A stretch of DNA of 63,041 bases, counting the filler, from Octopus bimaculoides (Eukaryota), in assembly GCF_001194135.2 (NCBI RefSeq). It is 7 parts of 7 records of this genome, joined end to end, with 100 filler letters (N's around TTAATTAATTAA, not from the genome) between each part and the next. Parts side by side here need not be neighbours in the genome. Positions count along the whole stretch, not along the records: positions 53,192 to 60,608 come from NC_068983.1; positions 60,709 to 63,041 come from NW_026428377.1; 5 more parts are not named here. One strand, 5' to 3'. The translations under genes were made by a program, and so were the position numbers. This document shows, one piece after another, positions 54,564 to 63,041 of this stretch. The notes under the pieces are model-generated. The model searched no databases. It was given only the letters and a program-made list of their open reading frames with translations, and was not told the DNA's origin. The number at the start of each line of letters is the position of its first letter. Position 1 is the stretch's first letter.

Positions 54564-54681
54564 CTGTTGAAGAGCGTAGGCTCGAAACGTAAAGGACTTT
54601 CTCACCTTCCCGAGCGTTAAACTAATACACCTGTTTGTTGTTTACACACCTGTCTTCGTCTTTTGTTTTTCGATAATTTTC

Positions 54682-54716
<35 letters not shown>

Positions 54717-55330
54717 CACACACACATATATATTACATGTATAAATAAATATCCGTAGCTCGTCAGTAAGGCCGCTGCTATTCTATTCTGGTTTTGCACG
54801 TTGTTTTAAAGACATTCGAAATTGAATTCTTGATGTATTATAATGAAACTGAATGCACAAATATTTACTTTGTGTTTTCGGTTTGTATTGTTGCCTCATA
54901 TTTATACATTTTTCAGTGGCCTTAATGACGAGCTACGGATGACTAATTAATCTATTAATTAACTTATTAGTCGATTTCTTTGGTCATTAATAGTGAAACT
55001 CGTGAGTATAAGTTTAATTGAAATTTTTATTCACTCAAATGCCTTGCTCACATACAAACAACGTGCTTTAAAGTAAGAATGTTTTATCATGGTTTCGGGC
55101 TTTGACTGCCATTTTTAGCATGTAAGAAATCCACATGGTGGTTTCCTCTATTCTATTCTTAAAATACTCGCGTCTTCTGACTTTTGTTACACATGCTAAC
55201 CACTGGTGTAAATTATTTTCATAATTTTTACCCGTGTATTTCTAAAGGTATATGGCCGCAGCCTCAAGGCTCTAGCATATAAAAGAATAAAAGAGTAAAA
55301 GAATATATATATATACATATACAAACACAT

Positions 55331-55384
<54 letters not shown>

Positions 55385-55852
55385 TGATTGATTGATTGAT
55401 TGATTAAATGAGAGATAGATATAGATTAATATATACATGTATGGTGAATATTATATCTATCAGTCTATCTATCTGCCTATACATATATATATATATATAT
55501 ATANNNNNNNNNNNNNNNNNNNNNNNNNNNNNNNNNNNNNNNNNNNNNNNNNNNNNNNNNNNNNNNNNNNNNNNNNNNNNNNNNNNNNNNNNNNNNNNNN
55601 NNNNNNNNNNNNNNNNNNNNNNNNNNNNNNNNNNNNNNNNNNNNNNNNNNNNNNNNNNNNNNNNNNNNNNNNNNNNNNNNNNNNNNNNNNNNNNNNNNNN
55701 NNNNNNNNNNNNNNNNNNNNNNNNNNNNNNNNNNNNNNNNNNNNNNNNNNATATATATATATATACCAGAGTAATCACATGAATGCGAAACAAGGTGGAA
55801 AAAATAGTACTCGAATACCAGAGGTAGAGTAATATGCTTTTTAATAAAGTAT

Positions 55853-55889
<37 letters not shown>

Positions 55890-56456
55890 AATAGTATAAT
55901 GTTGTGCGTGTGTGCTGCGCGTGCACGCATACGTGTGTGTGTATGTTCGTGAGTGTGTGTGTGTGTGTGTAGCTATAAACTTTTGCATTCTGTGAAGTAG
56001 CGAAACCCCTGCAGTGTTTCAAACACACAATCTGGTGTGTTAAGAAGCGAATCAGCTAATCCAATCAGTTATTTCGCTCCTGCCACTGCATTACAGCAGT
56101 GATATATGCATTTGGTAGCCTCATTGATTCCTTTTACCCGCAAATAGCCCAAATACACACCACAGACTTAATTTCGGGGCTTATAGATTCATGCATAAAC
56201 GTGCAGGGAAGTCGTGTCGTATTATTGAACACACGACAAGTGTGTGCATGTACACGCATGCACGCGCTTGAACGTGTAGGAGTAGGAGTTTTGTAGGGTC
56301 GAGTCGTTGGAATAACAACATTGAAGAAGATAAAAAGCACACTGAAAGAGGCAAACGAATGGAACTACAGAGAGAGAGAGATGGACATAAATATATATAT
56401 ATATATATGTATGTATGTCGGCATGTATGTGTGCAATGTGAGTATGTATATATGTA

Positions 56457-56494
<38 letters not shown>

Positions 56495-56665
56495 TAGATA
56501 GATAGATAGATAGACAAACACATGTCTAATCATATAATGTAAATATACATATGTATGTGTATATACACATACATATGTACACACACAAACACGCACTCAC
56601 TCACACACACATATATAAAAGTATATTTTACTGATAAAGTTCGCAAGATAGATAGAGAGATAGAG

Positions 56666-56713
<48 letters not shown>

Positions 56714-56817
56714 NNNNNNNNNNNNNNNNNNNNNNNNNNNNNNNNNNNNNNNNNNNNNNNNNNNNNNNNNNNNNNNNNNNNNNNNNNNNNNNNNNNNNNN
56801 NNNNNNNNNNNNNNNNN

Positions 56818-56872
<55 letters not shown>

Positions 56873-56874
56873 TA

Positions 56875-57125
56875 GGTTTCTTTATTAGCCACACAGGGCT
56901 CAACACAGAGGGGACAAAATACAAATGTAGAGTTTTTCTTTTCGAGGGGGTCGAAAAAAAAGCAGAGAAAAAAAAACAAAAGTGGGGACAACGATGAAAA
57001 AAAAACATCGCAACACGTTTGGGGTATTTACAAAAAATACGAAATAATACAAAAAATTCCCAATAAATGGGGAGGTTATCCGTGGAAAGAAAAACCTACG
57101 AAAAGACCACGGTAACCTCGGTCTT
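56875..57125 (-). mobile_element. LINE-like 3' UTR fragment ending in AATAAAGAAAC next to (GACA)n
   Basis: Homologous to 47361-47575; terminal 45 nt match the young SINE-B tail. Confidence 0.6.
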
Positions 57126-57288
57126 TAGCGTCACAGTTTGTTAAATAAAATTTCTTTTATTTAAGCAAGAAACGTAAGTAACTCTCTGTTTACAAAATTT
57201 TAAAACGTTTTATAGAATCATGGTCAAGGTGGCTTCGTCATTTATACGTGCCATTCTTGCTACATGTATCCATCTTTTTTCGAAACAT

Positions 57289-57323
<35 letters not shown>

Positions 57324-57995
57324 AGGGATAGCAATAAAATGTGAGCAGTAGAAAATCTAATTCAGTTTAAAGTTGCGGTTTTGTGGATGAGGAAACAATT
57401 ACACAAAGTTTCCTGCCTTGCACACACACACACGCGCGCGCGCGCGCGCACACAAAGAAGACCTTCCAGTGGTGGTCTCTCAATTACACCACACGCTATG
57501 GCTCGTGCCCTGCCGATACATCACAAGTACACACTCCTTAGTCTTCCAGGTCTCATTGGCAAACACACTCACACACACACTCACCCTCACTTCTCTATCT
57601 GTCTGCTGGCTGGCTGCTCCCCCCCCCTTTGCTCTCTCTATCTATCTCTCTCTCTCTCTCTCTCTCTCCCACCCTCTCTCTCTCTGTCCCGTGTTGATGT
57701 AAACATTGGCAAAAGTAAGCGTGTATGTTGGGATGCACGTATGTATGTGAATACGTACGTAAGCATGTATGTATATATGTGAATACAATGTATCTGTGTG
57801 GTTGAATGTATACATACGTACGTATATATGTATGTGAAATTTACGTATATGTGTTAATGCATTCATGTTTGTTTTGTGCGCCCGTGTGTAATTGAGGTGC
57901 ACCCATGCATGTGTGCACACAACCATTACGTTTGTGTGTATACATACATATAGATACATACATGCGTACGTACATATTTACACACGCACACATTT

Positions 57996-58041
<46 letters not shown>

Positions 58042-58157
58042 CCATATATGTGTGCGTATGTGGGGGGTATTCGTGTATATATGTCTTTTTTCTTCTCTTT
58101 TAATATATAAGTTCTTACAAAGACGGGGCTGGTTTCCAACAAAGAAACAAAGCTAGT

Positions 58158-58192
<35 letters not shown>

Positions 58193-58377
58193 TTCTTTCT
58201 CTCTCACGCACTCACGCACACATACACAATCTCTCTCACGCACTCGCACACATTCACACTCTCTTTCTCTCACATACACTCACGCACATGCTCTCTCTCA
58301 CACATACGCTCACACACACACATATACTCCTCTCTCTCTCTCACACACTCACACACACATACATACATACACACACA

Positions 58378-58420
<43 letters not shown>

Positions 58421-58662
58421 GGTTTAATTTGCGCGATAAACCTTGGAGAAGTCTTGCACATTTTTACTGTTCCGCTTACAGAGTTATCAATTTATGTATT
58501 AGCTGGTAACTGTGTCTACCTGAAAATCTCCATTAACTACCAAGACATTAGTTAAACCCACCAAGAGTCCCAGTAACTTTGGGAGAGAAACGTAAACATG
58601 GAAGCCGGGTGGGGAAAGCTGTAATTCTCCAAACAATTTTCTGCATTTATTGTCTTCTCGTA

Positions 58663-58815
58663 AGCGAATGCCTGTGGTTATGAAGTTCACTTTCTCACCA
58701 CGTAGTTTTAGGTTCAGTCCCACTACACGGGACCTTAGTATATTCTTCTATAGCTCAGGACAAGCCCAAGCCTTATGGGTGGATTCCGTAGACAGAAACT
58801 GTGTTAAAGCTTGTC
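58663..58815 (+). mobile_element. SINE family A, diverged 5' half
   Basis: Diverged head and GCCTTATGGGTGGATTCCGTAGACAGAAACTG core. Confidence 0.65.
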
Positions 58816-58819
58816 ATCA

Positions 58820-59003
58820 TGAGTGTGTGTGTGTGTGTGTCTGTGTCTCTGTGTGTCTGTGTCTGTGTGTGTCTGTGTCTGTGTGTGTCTGTGTCTGTGT
58901 GTGTCTGTGTCTGTGTCTGTGTGTGTCTGTGTGTGTCTGTGTCTGTGTGTTTCTGTGTCTGTGTGTGTCTGTGTCTGTGTGTGTCTGTGTCTGTGTGTGT
59001 CTG
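58820..59003. repeat. (TGTGTC/TGTC) compound microsatellite
   Basis: Direct inspection. Confidence 0.9.
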
Positions 59004-59005
59004 TA

Positions 59006-59270
59006 TAATTGTTAAAGAGGACAATAAACATTAAGGCAAGGCAAACATCTCAAGTGATATACGTTATCATTATTGGAAAAAAATTCAAAGTCTTACTGCT
59101 GTTTCTAAGATATCCCCCGAGTATGGGATATTCCGTCGTCAGAGACAAATAGGAAAAAATAGGGAAAATGAGAATGGTAAGGACTTTGAATTTTTTCCAA
59201 TAATAATAATAATGTATTTGACTTGAGATGTTTGCCTTGCCTTAACGTTTATTGTCCTCTTTAAAAATTA
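59006..59270 (-). mobile_element. Family X hammerhead element (59006-59179) plus inverted partial copy (59180-59270)
   Basis: Homologous to 2677-2850; the arms 59006-59093 and 59180-59270 are reverse complements (ACTTGAGATGTTTGCCTTGCCTTAA in both orientations). Confidence 0.75.
59090..59147 (-). ncRNA. Type I hammerhead ribozyme motif (family X copy 2)
   Basis: GTCT-CTGACGA-stem II(ATATCCC/GGGATAT)-GAAAC-AGCA-GTA-AGAC. Confidence 0.7.
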
Positions 59271-59559
59271 TATATCCGCTATAGAGGAAATCTGCAATGG
59301 CTCCATAACTACCGTCTCGGCTATAACCTTAGAGCCCTAGTAATCCGTTACAGCATTTACCTAGCGTACCTAATCGCTTAGATCACCTGTGAACTAAACC
59401 CCCATACTTTTCTCGTCGGAGTCAGTTAGCCGAATCTACATGTGTGTGTGCGTGTGTGTGTACATATATGTATATATGATTAAGGATAACATCATTAAAA
59501 AAATTAATGATGTTAATTAATATATATTAATTAATATATATATATATATATATATACAT

Positions 59560-59625
59560 GAAATTTTGAATTTAGTTTACGGACCCTCAGTACTAGCTTT
59601 GCGGACCCCAGGTTGGGAACCGCTG
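59560..59625. mobile_element. hAT-type terminal fragment
   Basis: GCGGACCCCAGGTTGGGAACCGCTG resembles hAT/Charlie-type MITE termini; the other end was not found. Confidence 0.45.
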
Positions 59626-60004
59626 GTGTATTTGATTATGTAGTAAATGTTTAAATGGCAAGCTGGAAAAGATGGGATTTTTCAGGCTCAGGTATTGACC
59701 GTTTAACATGCATTTAATAATAATAATAATAATCTGTAAGGAGAACAATTAAAATATGCAAGGCTTTTCTAAGGTTCAACATTTCCACTTATTGTTGTTG
59801 TTATCAAAATTCCAGCGATGGAACTTTCATTCTTTGTTAGAAACCATCTTCCTTTTGTTGGAGGAATTCAAATAATTGAAATAATTGTAAAGAATTGATT
59901 TACCGTTTACAGAAGACTTCTGTAATTGTTCGGGATGGAATAAGAAAATAGAGACCAGCTGCCTTTCAGATTTATTTTTTACTTGTTTTAGTAATCGAAT
60001 TGCG

Positions 60005-60180
60005 TCCATTGATCTGGGGCAGCGCTTTTAAGGGTCAAGCCGTTCCAATGAACACTAGTACTGATATTGAGTGTATGATATTTAATCTATCAATCTGTTT
60101 TGCCGAACCGCTACGTTACAGGTTCGTAAACAAAGCAACACCGATTGTCAAGCGGTAGAAGATGGACAAACACAGTGACA
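60005..60180 (-). mobile_element. SINE family A, diverged 3' half
   Basis: TTTTGCCGAACCGCTACGTTAC...GTTGTCAAGCG-like block. Confidence 0.65.
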
Positions 60181-60380
60181 CACTCATACATACCTACATA
60201 CATACATGCATACATACATACGTATACTTGTATATTATATGCATGTACGTACGTATGTATGTATGTATGTATGTATGTATGTATGTATATAAATACATAT
60301 GTATATATATGTATATGTGTGTGTGTGTGTGTGTATGCATATATATAAATACATAATTTTGCAGATTTAACTATAATTAA

Positions 60381-60538
60381 GGGCACTGAAGGTACAGCGC
60401 CTATATGCTAGAAGTAGATGCCAAATGACTTTAAACTTTAAACGCTTTGTTGTCCATTTCTCTCGCTTTCAACCTTAAAGTGGTTTAAAATCATTTGGCG
60501 TCCACTTCTAGCAAATAGGCGCTCTACCTTCGCTGCCC
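60381..60538. mobile_element. 158-bp MITE with TTAA flanks and GG...CC termini (Kolobok- or Harbinger-like)
   Basis: About 55-60-bp imperfect TIRs GGGCACTGAAGGTACAGCGCCTAT...; TTAA at 60377-60380 and 60539-60542. Confidence 0.7.
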
Positions 60539-62339
60539 TTAATTATAATTATATATTTATATACTGATTTTACCTATATTAATATATATATATATTAATT
60601 ATATATATNNNNNNNNNNNNNNNNNNNNNNNNNNNNNNNNNNNNNNNNNNNNTTAATTAATTAANNNNNNNNNNNNNNNNNNNNNNNNNNNNNNNNNNNN
60701 NNNNNNNNTATATATATATGTATGTATATTCGTTTGTGTATGTGCGTGTGGTTGTGTGTGTATTGCAAGAATCATTTTTCCAAAAGTAGTTTTATTCTGC
60801 ATTATAAAAGTTGTATAGTTGTTTGTTTGATTGTTTTCTGCAAGTGAAACCTTGATTCTAAAAAAATAATACTGTAAAAAGATATTACTCTTTAAGAGGG
60901 TAGATATATAAAACTTGTTATAATTACATGGAGGAGAAGTTTTCATTTATTTATACTGGTTATAGAAATAATCTTTGTTTCTGGTGCAATTGCAGTTCCC
61001 TTCGACGCTTTTTCTTTTAAATATCGTATTATACTGCCTATTGTCTATGTGGAGATGCTTATTTATGATGTTTACGAAACTCCGGTAACATTATCACGAC
61101 CATTTGTACCACAGAAGGGATCCTATAATCTGTTGTTTGTTATTTCTATTTAAAAAGAAAAAAATTCCTCGCTACATTTCTCTTTGTTGTCAGTTGGCAA
61201 ATATATGATTTACAGATAAAAATCCAACTAAAGCCGTAAAAGTAAATTAACTAAAACAACAAACGGAAACAAACCATTCATTGTTTATGATTGGATAAGA
61301 ACAACTGAAACAATAAGTGTCTCTAGCATTGGTGCAAGGCTACAAATATTTTAGTTGGGTAGGGTAATGGCGTGAAGATTTAGTCGACCACAGTATTCGA
61401 TGGTTTCTAGTTTTATTATCAAAGAAATGAAAAACAAATTCAATTTCCGTTTGACTTAAGTTACAAAATTAAATTCTGTCAAACCACTGCTTGGGTTCAA
61501 TACCACCCAACCTGAAAAAAACATCTGGAAACTTTAGAAATATCCTAGAATCTATGTGCATTGCCAAAAATCGACATTACTTGGAACTGCACTGATATTG
61601 CGTAAAGTACTGTCTGTCTGAGGTCCTTGTGACTTGACAGACAGTACAAATCTCCGGTAGACACAATATCTTCAATCAACACCACCACGATATTAGATAC
61701 TGTGTGACTTCTTAAATAATAATGATAATAATAATGATTTCAAATTTTGGCACAAGGCCAGCAATTTCGGGTNNNNNNNNNNNNNNNNNNNNNNNNNNNN
61801 NNNNNNNNNNNNNNNNNNNNNNNNNNNNNNNNNNNNNNNNNNNNNNNNNNNNNNNNNNNNNNNNNNNNNNNNNNNNNNNNNNNNNNNNNNNNNNNNNNNN
61901 NNNNNNNNNNNNNNNNNNNNNNNNNNNNNNNNNNNNNNNNNNNNNNNNNNNNNNNNNNNNNNNNNNNNNNNNNNNNNNNNNNNNNNNNNNNNNNNNNNNN
62001 NNNNNNNNNNNNNNNNNNNNNNNNNNNNNNNNNNNNNNNNNNNNNNNNNNNNNNNNNNNNNNNNNNNNNNNNNNNNNNNNNNNNNNNNNNNNNNNNNNNN
62101 NNNNNNNNNNNNNNNNNNNNNNNNNNNNNNNNNNNNNNNNNNNNNNNNNNNNNNNNNNNNNNNNNNNNNNNNNNNNNNNNNNNNNNNNNNNNNNNNNNNN
62201 NNNNNNNNNNNNNNNNNNNNNNNNNNNNNNNNNNNNNNNNNNNNNNNNNNNNNNNNNNNNNNNNNNNNNNNNNNNNNNNNNNNNNNNNNNNNNNNNNNNN
62301 NNNNNNNNNNNNNNNNNNNNATAATAACAATTTAAAATT

Positions 62340-62810
62340 TTGGCCAGCCATGTGATAATTCTTTCTGCTATAGGCACAGAATCTGAGATTTTGTGGGTAA
62401 GGGGCTTATCGGATTACATCAACCCCATTGTTCAACCGGTATCTAGTCTATTGAGACCGAAAGGGTAAAAGGCGAAGTCGACCTTGGCGGAATTCGAACT
62501 CAGAACGTAAAGACAAATGAAATACTGCAAAGCTTGTTACCTGGCGTGCAAACGATTTTGCTGGCTAACCGCCTTAATAATGATAATAATAATGATTTCA
62601 AATTTTGGCACAAGGCCAGCAATTTCGGGTTTGGGGTTAAATCAATTACATCGACTCCAGTATTCTACTGGCACTCAGATCGATCCTCGAAAGGATAAAA
62701 GGTAAAGTCGACCTCAGTAGAATTTGAACTCAGAACGAAAGGACGGGCGAAATGCCGCTAAGCATTTTGTCCGGCGTGCTAACGATTCAGCCAGTATGCT
62801 TGCTTAAAAT
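62340..62810 (-). mobile_element. Two adjacent SINE family B copies
   Basis: Units at about 62340-62575 and 62590-62810, separated by (AAT)n. Confidence 0.85.
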
Positions 62811-63041
62811 AATAATAATAATAATAATATTAATAATAATATTAATAAAAATAATAATAATAATACCAACAAAGATGATAACAATATAAAATATAAGAAA
62901 GAAGATCGTTTTAAACATTTTAGAAAATTTATACAAAAAATGAAATTAAACATAGACTCAGAAAAATGGAGGAAAAAAAAAGAAAAAATGTAAACAAAAA
63001 TAAAAATAAAAAATTAATATAAAACAACAACAAATTGAATC

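Noticed and set aside
56290-56370. GRVVGITTLKKIK resembling the ClC CBS-domain end
   Set aside because: No donor, runs into a microsatellite, no other ClC exons.
58526-58624. 99-nt open minus-strand exon candidate (LSPPGFHV...GDFQ) as a PANK4 exon
   Set aside because: Splice sites plausible but the peptide does not resemble PANK4 or any family I recognise.
20109-60664. Six regularly recurring TTAATTAATTAA motifs
   Set aside because: Always centred in 100-nt N gaps; assembly linker, not a biological repeat or CRISPR-like array.
1094-60946. Dozens of ORF-track entries rich in YI/HT/CV/N/D/X runs
   Set aside because: Translations of microsatellites and N gaps.
61607-61647. 12-bp hairpin GTACTGTCTGTC/GACAGACAGTAC
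   Set aside because: Too short for a pre-miRNA and partly simple repeat.
61720-62630. Identical ~55-bp sequence at 61720-61772 and 62576-62630 (also 4030-4122 across an N10 gap)
   Set aside because: Adjacent to gaps; most likely duplicated contig ends.
570-62810. tRNA-like A/B-box segments
   Set aside because: They are SINE heads; no complete tRNA cloverleaf seen.

Overview
AT-rich, gap-riddled eukaryotic DNA dominated by (TA)n/(CA)n/(GATA)n/(AAT)n/(GAT)n microsatellites and tRNA-derived SINEs. The repeat landscape looks like an octopus draft scaffold (inference, no database check). Almost all ORF-track entries are microsatellite or N-gap artefacts. Supported coding content: (1) the terminal exon of a PANK4-like (DUF89/ARMT1-like domain) gene on the minus strand at 44720-44957; (2) an unrecognised, spliced minus-strand gene with a 435-nt terminal coding exon (24535-24969), a likely internal exon (27517-27659) and candidate 5' micro-exons up to about 31.5 kb; (3) decayed RTE, CR1 and Penelope-like retroelement ORF fragments. 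The most interesting signal, invisible in the ORF track, is a set of minimal type I hammerhead-ribozyme motifs from at least four different short Penelope-type/retrozyme-like elements. One 174-bp family occurs twice, and one copy carries an inverted arm starting at the predicted cleavage site. Also present: several MITEs with clear TIR/TSD, a SINE dimer whose 3' tail is shared with a LINE-like 3' end, and an apparent CpG-depletion boundary near 20 kb. Repeat coordinates are approximate and all structures were folded by eye.
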